Made by a program: the position numbers and the translations under genes | Notes under the pieces: model-generated | The model's database searches: none | Seen by the model: only the letters and a program-made list of their open reading frames with translations | What the model was told of the DNA's origin: nothing | NCBI GenBank assembly: GCA_965644295.1 | Contig: CBFFRP010000333.1 | Location: 1 to 64,000, forward strand | From: Paraphysomonas bandaiensis | Lineage: Eukaryota; Protista; Chrysophyceae | Reading direction: 5' to 3' | DNA: 64,000 nucleotides | In this document: in pieces, positions 27,366 through 40,157 of the stretch | Layout: the number at the start of each line of letters is the position of its first letter | Numbering within the stretch: the stretch's first letter is position 1

Positions 27366-27633
27366 GCTGAAGCAGCCTAAAGTATGGCACATCGAATGAA
27401 AGTGATTTGTCATTAGACTAGATGGATGTTGTTGTCTAAAAAGTTGTAAGTTAAGAAAGAAATTTCTCTATATTGTATACAATAGTAGGGAAGATCATTC
27501 TGCTGTGTCAAAGAGATTGATCTAAAATTTAGATTCTAATATACATATTCCGACAATTTTCTTGCTGTAGAACAGTCTTTTACTCTCGTTTACTCCAGAA
27601 ACCAATATCGCTTTGTAGCTCTACAGTCCATAC

Positions 27634-27799
27634 CAGGGATAGGGAACAATATATTGTATTGCATATTGCAATACATTGTACAATATATTGCAAAATATAT
27701 TGATTGGTGGACTGGTCAAATATTCCATCAATAGTGTTTCTGTTAAAAGAGCTCACAATACTATAAAATAGTATTGCAATATATTGTTCCCTATCCCTG
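27634..27799. mobile_element. hAT MITE, 166 bp
   Basis: Perfect 23-bp TIR cagggatagggaacaatatattg. 8-bp TSD GTCCATAC at 27626-27633 and 27800-27807. Confidence 0.95.
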
Positions 27800-27906
27800 G
27801 TCCATACCACTAATATATGTGTAGATGTGTAGTCCAAATTTCACTTAATATTTGTTATTTGTGTGCAGCAGGGTCAGGGAACACTACACTGTATTGTGAA
27901 AACATT

Positions 27907-27944
27907 AGTTATGAACGTCTTATTATTAGCAATAGGCGTGTAAG
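27907..27944 (+). repeat. Left-end fragment of repeat family X
   Basis: agttatgaacgtcttattattagcaataggcgtgtaag matches the 45481 copy. Confidence 0.6.
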
Positions 27945-28019
27945 ATGCAGAAATAATGCGAAAGTATAGAGCATCGTTTGATCGACCGGCTAGAGTAATA
28001 CTCCAAAATTGTTAAGCTA

Positions 28020-28288
28020 TGTCAAGTTATGACACAATTGGATGATTAGAAAGTTAACTGGACGTGTATTCACTCATGAATCAAGTTAAGATAAGAGAAG
28101 ATTATAATAAATATAATAAGCAATATATCACGTTATCTCTACTACCATTCATTTCTAGTACGATCTTACATCGTCATGATATCACTTCTCATAATACAGC
28201 TCACCACTACTGTATTCTTCGACTAACGGTCATAATTCCAACACCCTAGAATTACAGCTTTTAATTGCTCAAACAGCAAAACTCAACA
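28020..28288. mobile_element. Solo LTR
   Basis: TG…CA ends (tgtcaag…actcaaca) with 5-bp TSD AGCTA on both sides; homologous to 53600-53904. Confidence 0.8.
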
Positions 28289-28899
28289 AGCTAGCTCACT
28301 GTATTGTGTATTGTATGCAATATCCATTCAGTATTTTTCCAAAACTGATCTATGTACTCCATCATTTATTGAGTTATTGAACAGACAACAGACCCTTATT
28401 CTGTATTTTGCTCTTACTTCGACAAAAAAGCATGGTAAATGGTGACTATATTAATAATTAATAGGTGGTGAATATCTATTTAATTGATACATAATACATA
28501 GAATACGGGCAAGCTATTCGCGAGAAGCCCTAAGAAGCCATTTTATGTATGTAGGAGTTGGTTATGTCCAAATAAATTACCCCCCCCCTCTTAAACTAAG
28601 AGTTTTGTAAAATCCAGTGTGACTGGTCATTAACCACGTAGTATACATTTCTAATTGGACATAGTAGAAAGGTACGAGGTATTTCTCAATCAGGCAATTA
28701 CGGCCTTATATAAGACTACTTAAAAGCGCCAACAATCAAGTGGTGATATTATATTTACTAATCGACTGTCCAGTAAACTGTCCGCATGATGATACAAACT
28801 CAACAGTCTAACCGCAGTCATATCAATGTTCAATGGACCTAGGGTAACCATTCGCAAGTCAATATATAGTATGCTAGCCCATGACAAAGTGTCTATTTG

Positions 28900-30053
28900 T
28901 TAAACAACACCAGAGTAAGTGGTTGGAAGCTCCATCGGTGCACCCATTGATACCGATTTGAAATAGTAATAAAAGAAATCTGCCATGATTCCAATGTGTC
29001 CAATCTGTGCGAGTAGAACGATGTACCCCGCCATTCTGCTGCCGGAGTAGTGCAAGAGTTCTTTGAAAGAAGTGACCCAAAACATAAACTCAAATACTCT
29101 TGAAAATCCGAGGGCAAAGACCATGTGGCTTGTTAGAGTCTGGAAAAACAGTTAAAAAACAACAAGCAATGATCCAAAATATGTGATACTGCTTTGAGAA
29201 ATAAACACACAAAAAAAGCACAGTAGTAGACATAAAGTACAGTTACATACCTCCACAACACCACCTTCATCAGTAGCTTGTTTCTGAAACATATACAACT
29301 GTGGTAACATTGCAACGCTCTCGAGATACATTGATATCGTCCAGCATATATCCGAAAACCATTCATTGTTAAGAGAGCTATTACCCTCAAATATTAGAAA
29401 TATCAATGTAAGAGTAATTCTATACTACTTACGGGTGAAATATAATTGCCATGAGCACACAAGGTCCAAGCAAATACAATCCGCCAAGGCGATCGGGGAC
29501 GTGGAGGTTTCCAAACTTATCATACTTTTCATCATATGTCGATACGAGGGGAACAAAGATCAAATAAACAGCAAGACATACAGAAGCCAAACTAATTATT
29601 TCAACAAAATGGTAAAACCAATCGCCAGTCTTATCAAATGGAAGATAGCCTTGGTGCCTCAGAATAGACATTAGACGGCACAGGAACACAACACCGTATA
29701 ATTCGAGAGTCTTTACAGACACACCTTTCGCAGTTTTTCCCGTAAGCATCTTATAGTTTAATAGAGCAAATCCAAAGCATCGCATAAACGAAGCATACGT
29801 CTGTGAATATAAAGTTGGTTAATATCTACAGCCTCCCACTGAGCCCACTCACCAAGAGAAAAGAGAAATCACCACTCGAGAATAAGAAATATACAATCAG
29901 TGAAGCGGTCATGAAGCCACCCCATAGTGCAATGTTCTTATTATTGGACTTGAGGGTAGATTTTATTAACCTGCAATACAGTGGTCATATATACACGCAT
30001 CACTCTACAGACACGCACTCTTTCGCATCTTCCACTTTAAAATTCTGATTCAT
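28900..30053 (-). CDS. ERD2: ERD2/KDEL-receptor family protein (multi-exon, with an extra N-terminal TM)
   Basis: GVSVKTLELY, STYDEKYDKF, WTISMYLESVAMLPQL and ADFFYYY motifs; ATG 30053; several GT-AG introns. Confidence 0.85.
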
Positions 30054-30718
30054 GACCAGAAGATTCAATTTAATCTAATAGCAGATGAAAGATGCAAGAG
30101 TCTAGTGATTTAATTTATCGTGATGGGTGATTAAGTAAACCCAAACAAGTAGATCACAATTGATGAATGTTAAGATGCACATTGACCGGCCTGTCAATTG
30201 ACTTGCTTGTACTGCCTGCTCTGAATCCCTATACGTTGATCCGGAATACATCCGGTAATATTTGCCGTACGTTACCAGTAGCCGGCCGGTTGTACTTGAA
30301 ATGCTCCCATACATTCCCATCCCTCATATGTGGAGTGGTGGGTAGATATGGGGGGTATTTTTGTATGTCATCTACACGTATACAACAGTGCGGTGCTCAG
30401 TCGACATGGATAAAAGACCACTGCAGCAGTATATATACATATATATGTATACATATTAACCAACACACATAATTCTCGTGCCGATGATAATGAAGTTAAA
30501 GTCTTCTCTTTGACTTTAATCTCGAATATTTTAACCATCAGATTAATCGGATCTTCTTATAGTTTCATCTGACGGTATCGGCTATTCTGTTTACCTGAAT
30601 CACGCCTATAAATACAAGCCTCATAGATTGTTTATTTCTTATTTCTCTTTAGCCGTAATTTCGTATGATGAGTACTTTTATATAACTTTTTCTTCCTTTA
30701 TATTAAAGATAGAGCAAG

Positions 30719-32864
30719 ATGCAGCTGGATGCTTTCTCAAAAACAGTTTATGAATCTGACGATGTTGTGGTTGTGATTACTAACAGCGACAACGTTGTCA
30801 CGTATGTTTCTTGTGCCGTTGAAAGTATATTGGGATATACCTCTGCCAGTGTTGTGGGATCCCGGTCTTATGACTTGCCTATGTCACCGGTATGCACCCG
30901 CTTCCATGCTGATGGAAGTCCTGTAGGAATGGAGGTCGTGATACACAGACCTCTCGCTGACGGGGGTGTCCTGCGAATCGAAAAGCCAATAGAAAAGTTT
31001 GGGAATATGGGCTATGATACAGCTCATTTGCGCGTTGTTAATAGTGGGCCCCTTGGGATCCATGTCATCAATGCCCGTGGTGATATCGAGTGGGCGACAG
31101 ATGCGGACATCTCGATATGCGGCTACGACCGGAATGAATATTTAGGTGAATATACATACTTGACTAGTATTATTTATTTCGAAGTAAAATATTTTTTTAT
31201 TGTTTAGGCATGTCGATATGTACTCTTCATGCCATCAAAGAAACTGCTCATGGATTGCTTGCCCGTCTTCGGGCTAAAGAAATCCTCTCTTGTCATCCAG
31301 TGCTTCTCCGCCACCGGGACGGTAGTGTCATTCGAGTAGAGCTGGATTGCAAAGGCGAGTACGATGCGTCTGGAGATCTTTTAAGAGCCTGTTGCTTTAC
31401 TCGTTTGATAGAGCCGGGGCGGGCATCACCCAGCAGTCCGCGTAATCACCGTTCTGGTACCGTGGATGATGAAGACGATTGTGACTTGGACATGTCGTCA
31501 AGAGAGACACAATTCCTCGCCCAAATGAGCCACGATATCCGTACTCCCATAAACGGAGTAATTGGAATGGCCTCGTTGCTACAAACCACACAGTTGACCT
31601 CTGAGCAGAAGGAGTTCGTGGATACTATTGAGTCCTCTTCGTCTCTACTTCTGGCACTGCTCAACGACATTCTCGACATTACTAAAATAGAGTCAGGCAA
31701 GATAAATCTGGAAAGTATACCCATTGACATTGAACAGGTAGATTTATTTTACACTTTTCTTTGAGATGTCTCATTGTGTTCTGCTTGCCAGATCGTATCC
31801 AATGCCGTGCGCACACTTTCTTTTGAAGCTGCAAAGAAAGAAGTTCCCATCCGAGTCAACAGCTCTACGTCATTCGGAAAGAGTTTTCCACAGTATATAG
31901 GTGACCCTAACCGCATAAAACAGGTCGTAATGAACTACCTCTCGAACGCGGTCAAGTTTACCCATAAGGGGTCAATTGAAATACACCTGGAAGCTGTTCC
32001 TGTGGAGGGGGAAAGCAACCAAGACATGGTCCGCATTGAGGTCAAAGACACCGGAATTGGAATCGAAGACACATCGAAGCTCTTTTCTCCTTTTGTTCAG
32101 GCATCAAACTCTACGAGTCGAGAGTACGGAGGCACTGGACTAGGTCTGAGTATATGTCGACAGTTGACAGAGCGTATGGGCGGAGAAGTTGGTGTATCCT
32201 CTGTGGTCGGAGAAGGGACTTGCATCTGGTCCACCATCCCGTTGCCCAGGTACACTGCACCGGGGCCAGCAGAGCACTCTAACAGCCACGAGTCATCTCA
32301 TGCAAGCGAACCGTCGAAGCAACAAAAGTCCAAGTCCTTCCCGGCGGAATGGCGGGATAAGTGCTCTATTTTGCTTGCAGAAGATAACAAGGTTAACCAG
32401 AAAGTCATGTTGCACATGCTCAAGCGCTTGGGGTTTAGCGCAGTTACAGTTGTAGAGAACGGTCGAAGGGCTGTAGATGAGTTCGCTATGTCTCTCATCG
32501 CAGATGGGACTCGGCGGCCCTACAGTATCATTCTAATGGACTGTCAAATGCCTGAGCTGGACGGCTATGACGCCACCCGCATGATTCGTGAAATGGAGAA
32601 AGACTGGTCTACAGGTTTGAAAGGTATTTTTTGCTATTGTCTCCTGCAGGGCTCTAACCAACGTGTACAGGTTCAAACGGCAAGTCTGATGAATACCGCC
32701 AAGTCCCAATCATTGCTCTCACAGCGAATGCGTCCGAGAGCGATCGCCAATCTTGTCTCGGGTGTGGAATGAGTGATTTTTGCACTAAACCGTTGACGCT
32801 GGAGAAACTTGACGATGTAATTTATGCCTGGATCTCCCGACATATCGCGAACAATTCGCATTAG
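30719..32864 (+). CDS. Hybrid sensor histidine kinase PAS-PAS-HisKA-HATPase_c-REC (introns 31146-31207, 31738-31791, 32624-32670)
   Basis: H-box [14 protein letters not shown]-box [11 protein letters not shown]1 DTGIGI, G2 GGTGLGL. Receiver LLAEDN, LMDCQMP and, after splicing, PIIALTANA…GMSDFCTKP. All three introns keep the frame. Confidence 0.92.
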
Positions 32865-33120
32865 AAAGACGTATCTAATTTAGTTGTCATATATGGTCAA
32901 TATATCTCGGTTTGATGCAATTGGTATTGCATGGAGTGCTAGAGCTGTAATTGTCTTCAGACAGATGACATGTACACCAATATTACAATGAAGTATGGCG
33001 TCAACGCGATAGTTGCATATTATCTGGCACTCCGACGTTCCATCTGGGAGGTGTTGTATCAATACTTGTCGTTATGTTGTTACAATAATAATGTGCGAAA
33101 TGCGTACGAGTGAGTAAATG

Positions 33121-33532
33121 TGTTGTAGATGGCATGTAGGAATGGAAGTAAAAACACAAAATGCACCATGTTTGGAATAGTTTAAGATAGCTTCTTATGA
33201 TAGCACTTAATAATACATGGTTGAAATATGGTGTATGTCGAATGTGATATTCTGGTATAAGATTGGTGGTGCTAAAGTGTTGATAATGTATGCTGACATA
33301 GTCCCATAAAAGTTGGATATATACAATATATGAAGTTTAACGTGAACCCATCTATATTATTCTAGAAATTGTAGAGTTGGGTAAATTATGGCGATTAAAA
33401 TACTATAGTGTCATGATATAAGAATGGGTGACATTGTTAGGAAGCGACTTAGGATATATTCCGACGAGATATGATATGAATAAAGGCAAATGATCAAATG
33501 TCTAATTATTTATTCACTATAATTCTACAACA
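33121..33532. mobile_element. Probable solo LTR or small TIR element
   Basis: 9-bp inverted ends tgttgtaga / tctacaaca around an AT-rich interior; no matching TSD. Confidence 0.45.
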
Positions 33533-34203
33533 TTTTTGCTGATAAGCACTCGGTCAGTTCAACTACAACTAAGCTCAAGTCAGGTAAGGTTCAGCAACAA
33601 AGCGAAAAATATTTGCGAGTAGCTAAGAACTCCACTCTAGCACTTTCGTTCGATGCATTTTTTGTAAGAGATACCTGCAAAGTTCAGGTTTCGAATAACA
33701 GTCTCTTGTACATAGCTTTTCGATAACTATCAACTAAACACAAAATATTAATATGTGGGTACATAATTCATTGCACAGAGGCTAGCTGAGTGATCTAAAA
33801 CAGTAACTGCTCAAACTGTTGCTTTGACTTGAAAAGACGTCTCGGAATTCCAGTGTGTCTGTTGCAAATATACAGCACCTCTATGTACCACACTGTCCAC
33901 ACTGCTGCACACTGCAAACCCCACAGATGACTGAATAATGGGGAAAACAAAACTCTCTGAAGTGAGATGGTATATACTGTATATACAGCAGTATTATAAT
34001 GGACTACACGCATTTTCAAGTTGTGTATAGCAGTACGGTAGCAGTATGCAGTTTGCAGTATGCTCCAATCAGTCCCAGTCAGATATGTGCGTATATGTAC
34101 ACAGAGACCACTGCTGTATGAGCTCTAGCGTACATAGAACACTGCAATCTTATTACCATCACCCTTCATTGTTGCTGGAACTGATAAGCTACTCAACGGA
34201 TCT

Positions 34204-35935
34204 ATGAGTGACTCAAAGGCTTCAAAGATCCATATATTTAAGTTCGTTCTGACAGGTCTCACATATGCCTTATGACAGCGCCAGTTCCTCATATGTATAC
34301 CTTACATCGACCACATCAGGTGGACCATGTTCAGGGAAAACAAGCGCCTTCTCAGTCATCACAAACTATCTAAAGGAGCATGACTATAGAGTGTATATGG
34401 TTCCTGAGGCGGCCACACTGCTGTTCAGTAATGGCGTATCGTTCAGTGATATGGATGTGCCGGAGAGAAAATATGCCATGCAACAGAGCGTTATGAAGTA
34501 CTGATATTGTAATGATAGTTTAATTACTCATATACTGCAGGATGCAGATTCAACTGGAAAATGCATTCGAGAATGTTGCGCGCAGTACGGGTCAGAACTG
34601 CATACTCCTTTGTGACAGAGGTGTCATGTGTGGATCTGCATACATTGACCGGGACTTATTCGTCGACATTCTAGCGGTAACTTACTTACTGTACCCTTTC
34701 CTTATAACGTGTGTTGTAACTTGGCTTACAGGAGCAGGATATGGATGTTGTAAGTGCGAGGGACAGTCGGTACGATTGCGTTATGCATCTCGTTACTGCC
34801 GCCGATGGGGCTAGGAAGTATTACACCCTTGAGAACAACGTCGCGAGGAGTGAAAGTGCGGAATTTGCAATCGAAGTTGATGTCGCTGTACAGCATGCCT
34901 GGAGCGGGCACCCCCATCACTTCATATTGTGAGTGCTGAAACTTTATTAGATAATCTACGCTTACCTTTTTGGGCCGTAGCGACAATAGCCATCCTAGCT
35001 TTGACCATAAACTCGACGCTCTTGTGAGTCGCATTGCGAGGGAGCTGGGCCTTCCCCATCCCCGACACGGCGCAGAGTACCTTCCCCCCACCGTAACATA
35101 CTCACTTCCCGACGAGGTCTGAAGCCACATGCCATAAAGTAACATTGTCTCAAAACGTAATACTATCCTAGGGCTTCCCTTCAGAATGTATGTTTCCTCC
35201 TGACACAAAAGCTTTTCTCTATACCATAGTACGTATGATTTGTTGAACATACTGTAGTTGATTATAGGACTGTATTACATATAGACATATTTGCTAACCT
35301 CCTCTGAAAACACAACGGACGGGACCAAGGACAGTGCTGATGTGGACTCTTCTGGAGTTGATGAAGTGGTCGACTCGGCCCGACACCTGATGCTTCACCG
35401 AAAGGTAGTGGCCCGTTATGTAACACAACGCATTCCGGTCCCTCTCCAACGCACTGTCCCTCCGCCTCCTCCCACTGAAGTGCATCCCCTCGCCCCACAT
35501 CCAGAGAAGGACTTCAGAGACGACAACACCGTCCCTTCAGCATCGTACACTCTCACTGTCATGAGGGAGCTTGAGAATGATGACACGGGGCACTACAAGA
35601 GCCATATGACTGTCGACAAGACCGCCTACGACGAGCTAGTTTCTTCCCAGCGTGATCCTAGAGCAAGGCAGGTTCACCAGAAGAGGTATACATTTATCAA
35701 TCGCAGACAGCCTATCACTGTTGTGCGTTGCACTGATGACTGGGTGGTTGCTGCCGCTAACGCCGCAGATCCCAGCCCCGCGACTGAGCGATTGGAATGT
35801 GCAGCGTGGATAGAGATATGCACCGAAGGTTCACCTCCGCTCGAAATCCCTCCTTTTCTGCATATAGGAGCCCCATTGAGTGCGAATAACTTAGATTATG
35901 ATCTTTCTCAGCTCGCAAAAGTAATTGAAGTGTAA
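34204..35935 (+). CDS. Ttd14-like P-loop (AAA_28/NadR-type) kinase with a CYTH-like C-terminal domain (multi-exon)
   Basis: Spliced KFVLTGGPCSGKT Walker A, VPEAAT, LLCDRG, RYDCVMHLVTAADGA, AWSGHPHH; C-terminal YDELV..QRDP..VHQKRYTF. Confidence 0.8.
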
Positions 35936-36017
35936 ACTAAACTTTTACCTTTTTGATGCAGGCCTTTTGAGTGCTTACTATTTCTACACTTTTCTACCCT
36001 AAAATAATAGAAGAACC

Positions 36018-37402
36018 AGTAGTCGAATGCTCACTCTTGGCAAGGCGTGGTTATAGAGAAACAACTGATTTCTAGTTACAAATTGTACTGTTGTTGGTGA
36101 GGACTACATTGGATATCGGATGCATGGTACTTCTGATACACTTGTAGTATGTAATTGAAAGTGCACACCCAGTTGCCAGTAGTATGTCATTGTCAATTGT
36201 CCGACCTATGAGTTGGAAGTGATTTATGGTGTTCATTTGACTAAATAAATAAACTCTATTTCGCAAACAAGGAATGCTACTGCTATAATAAATGTTAAAA
36301 ATGCTTCACAGAGTTCAGTATGTCAGACTTGATAAAACAGAGAGTTAGGCTTGCGTAACGATTAATTGGATTGCCAATTAAATTAATTGGTTTTAATAGT
36401 GCTAATTTCAATTATTTTTGGTAATTATTGCCAATTATTTGGCTGGCTAAATTATATATAGCATCTTAAGATGTATAGCTATGAGCTATGTGTACATTTA
36501 TGTATGTTATCATTTTATTAATCATAATTGTGTGTGACAGTTAGTATAAGGTTTAGTATACACTTTAACCTCAGAACGCAAGAGAGTAATATATCATGTC
36601 ATCTGATGGAGATGAACAGTTTGATCTAGATGATGTCCGGGTACAATTTGATGATTTAATTCGTCAATGAAATTTCACCTAGGTGAAGACACGGACATTG
36701 TTCAAAATGCAGATTTCGAGAGAGCAGTAGTCAATATTCAGCGTGGTAGGTAAGAACACAGGTGCGATGCTTTTTGATAAATGATGTACCTGCACACGAA
36801 GGTGAAATCAATGAAGAGAAATATGAGGAGGAGGAAAATGAGGCCAGTACTTAAAGACAACCGAAAGCGCAAAAAAGCACGCATCAAACTAACAACACGA
36901 TATCATTGCATTATAAGCATTTGTATAGCACTACCAATGTTTGTGAGTGGTTGTTTAGCAGAGCTGAGATTGTTATGCGAATGACACCTAGACACCTTGA
37001 AATGCTTCTGCGTGCAAATCAGCATTTTTGGGACGAGATTATAGTTCAGAAGGTTATTTTAAAATCTAGCAATAGAATTGAAGGCAATTACTTGGCAATA
37101 ATTGCCAATTAATTGCATTGCCAAAATAATTGGATGTTTCTTGTTTAATAATTGCAATTATTATTGTTGGGCGTCTGTCACCAATTAATTGTCAATTAAT
37201 TGTTACGCAAGCCTGCAGGAGAGTTATGTTACCTCGAAAGTGGTGGTTGTTACGTTGCTACTTGGTGCTTGCGGTGATGCACAAGCAGCTTTCGTAGCGT
37301 TGAAGAGTAGGATATCAGAGTTAAGCATAAGCTATAGTTGAATTATTTTGCTACATTAGTTGTGACTCATAAACGCCTATTGCTGATAATAAGATACTTA
37401 CT
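36018..37402 (-). repeat. Dispersed repeat family X, copy D (interrupted by a hAT element)
   Basis: Core on the minus strand at 37250-37400; degenerate other terminus agtagtcgaatgc at 36018. Confidence 0.55.
36346..37215 (+). mobile_element. Non-autonomous hAT element
   Basis: TIR taggcttgcgtaac.attaattg / caattaattgttacgcaagcctg. Near-TSD cagagagt / caggagagt. Remnant STTNVCEWLFSRA…MTPRHLEMLL, plus QNADFERAVV matching HNAAFEKAVV of the 7183 element. Confidence 0.85.
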
Positions 37403-37994
37403 GTGTTTTGGTATCACAGGGTTACCAGAATAATAGATCCCATTTATGGCAATTAATGCCTAAAAGTAGATAGTACCGCTCATAATAGATAGTGTGATGC
37501 TCCCTTAATTGCTATTATTTAGTTAAATAGCTCGTAACTACACATCATCATTCTTTTCGCTCTCGTCTGGCACATCAGGAACTTGCAAGGCTTCACATAG
37601 GGAGGATATTAGCATCGCACAACCACATGTAAATGGCTCGTAGGAATAGCAACGCTTCTATACGATAAGAATTATGAATTCATGTTTCTACGCTCAGGTG
37701 TCATAATCAACTCTCTGCACGACTAAAGAGCTTCTCAATAGCGTTAGATTGTGCTTCCATATGTAGCAACCTGCTGTAGTTGGTAGTTGGACTCATAGAA
37801 GTAGGCTAAACATTATGTAAACGTGGGAATTTTACAATATTTTGGGAATTCGAGCAACGATATATGAGCTCTCTTGGTGACCTCGGCGCTGTCCAGAATA
37901 CACTGTGCAAAATCAGTTCTTGAAAAATTATATTCTATCATATATACTCTATATAGCATATATCAAGTACTAGTAACTAGTAACTGCCATTGAT

Positions 37995-38072
37995 TGGGGT
38001 GCCCAGTTCCCGGCAATTATAATGCCATTAATGAAAACTGGGTTAATTACAATTAACTGTTACCAGGCCCTG
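37995..38072. mobile_element. hAT-type terminal fragment
   Basis: Shares ccagttcccggcaattataatg with the 13806 insertion and ends …ccaggccctg. Confidence 0.45.
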
Positions 38073-38344
38073 TTAAAATGAATGCCAATTTTGATGAGAA
38101 GTAGTATACTCTCAACCATTTACAATAATGCTTGACTGACTGCACAGGCGCAATCTTTGTTCTTTTATGTCCCAAATGGGGATATCGTCAATATACAGCA
38201 ACCCAATTTAAGAAATGAACTATAATTATATTAATCACACAATTGAACAATTCATCATGGCAGCACAGCTATCGTACTACTAGATACTTCTTCCCGCTTG
38301 CTCAATATGAATTGAGTGACAAATACACAGGTCGACACTGCCGT

Positions 38345-40157
38345 TTACACTACAACAACGAGTCAGACTGTTATTGTACAGGTTATTCATCAACTTACTG
38401 TAAGAGTTCTTGTCGATCAGGTCGGGGATTTCTGGAACTTGGACAGCGAACCTCTCCTGCACCTTCTGGAGCCACTCTTCGTCAGCCTTAATGGAGATAA
38501 ACGAGATCGCCAAACCCTTGGTGCCGAATCTACCCGCTCTGCCAACCCTATGAAGGTATTGGTCCGATGAGTCGGGGAAATCGTAGTTAATAACGATGTT
38601 CACACGCTCGATGTCAATTCCGCGACCGAAAAGGTCCGTGGTCACCAGGATTCGCTTATTGAAGTCCTTGAATGATTGGTATCGGGCAATACGTTCCTCC
38701 TGTTTCATACCCGAGTGGATGCAAATGGAAGGGAAGTTGTTGTCGTCCAGCAGGCGGTTCAGCTCATTGGCACGGGCAACCTTTGCAACGAAAATCACTA
38801 CCTGGTTGAACTCAAGGGCATCCAACAAATCGAGAAGTTTGCGATTCTGCACATATGCTAGATATTAACTCCGTCACACATAGGGCTATATACCCACCTT
38901 CTCGTTCTCACTGAGGCGGATGTAGTACTGCTGAAGACCATGCAGTGTGAGCTTGGTATCGTCGTCAACGAAGATCTCCATAGGCTATGAACATATACAT
39001 TACGCAAACTAGTATGTGATTAAGTATTGAAACTTACATCCTGGCAAAACTTGCGGCACACAGGACGGACTTCTTTGTCCAGAGTAGCGGAGTACATCAT
39101 CACCTGTTTTTCGTGGGGAGTCATGCGGAAGATTGACTGCACATCCTTTCGCATCGACAGCTCAACGAGCATTCGGTCGCACTCGTCCATGACAAAGTGC
39201 TTCACCTGTTGCCACTCAGAGTATTTATCACGCAATATGACAGCTACTAACCTTGCTGAGATCAAGAGCCTTGCGGTTGGCAAGGTCAAGAATTCTGCCA
39301 GGGGTACCCACCACGATGTGGGGCTTGTCGTTGTTGAGGGTTTCGATGCTCTGACGAACGTTGACACCTGCCACAAAAAAAAGGGTAAACAAAGATGACA
39401 ATGAGGACAGCGTCAGGAGAAAACGATGTCCGCAAAGATTGACATGAGAAACATTTGCACGAGTCCTTGGTCTTACCGCCATAGAAAACTCTAGACTTAA
39501 TGTCTGGAAGGTACTTGGAGAATCTCTCGTACTCTCGCTGGATCTGGAAGGCAAGCTCCCTCGTGTGGCAAAGTACAAGGACGTGGACCTCTCCATCAAC
39601 CGGCTGCAACTGGTGTAGGGTGGCCAGCACGAATACAGCAGTCTTTCCCATACCGGACTTCGCCTGGCAGATGATATCCATGCCAAGGACCGCTTGAGGA
39701 ATGCATTCGTGTTGAACTAAAGTACACGGACAGGAAACAGGAGTTGGAATGTGATTGGAAAAATGCCGACATGAGCTTCGCTTGCAAGGTTTCCGATAAA
39801 CGGTTGATATCTTGCTTTCGCATCGCCTCAATGCAGAGAAAACTAACCTTCAGATGGGTGCTCGAAGCCGCAGTCCACAACAGCACGCAGCAGCTCTGGC
39901 TTCAGAATAAAGTCGCGAAAATTGCTCGTGTGTAATCCGACATAGTGTCCCCTGGGTGTATATTGCATACTCCAGTCAGTATTCGATAGAAATATTTTGG
40001 AGGGACGCCCCCCGCTCGAACTCTCGTGCAAAGAGGTGCGGTGCCCATATTATTAATTCACTCACTTCTTGACATCTTTGTTCTCGTTGTCCTTTACCTC
40101 CTCGTGCTCGTTATCCTCCTCGTAGTCAACAAGCTCGGCGTCGTCGTGGGCAGACAT
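38345..40157 (-). CDS. SUB2: DECD-box RNA helicase UAP56/SUB2 (multi-exon)
   Basis: [31 protein letters not shown] and HRVGRAGR motifs; last exon completes KNSYM*. Confidence 0.97.

Noticed and set aside
39369-39848. Intronic snoRNAs in UAP56 introns
   Set aside because: No canonical RUGAUGA C box and no convincing two-hairpin H/ACA structure by eye; needs an Infernal scan.
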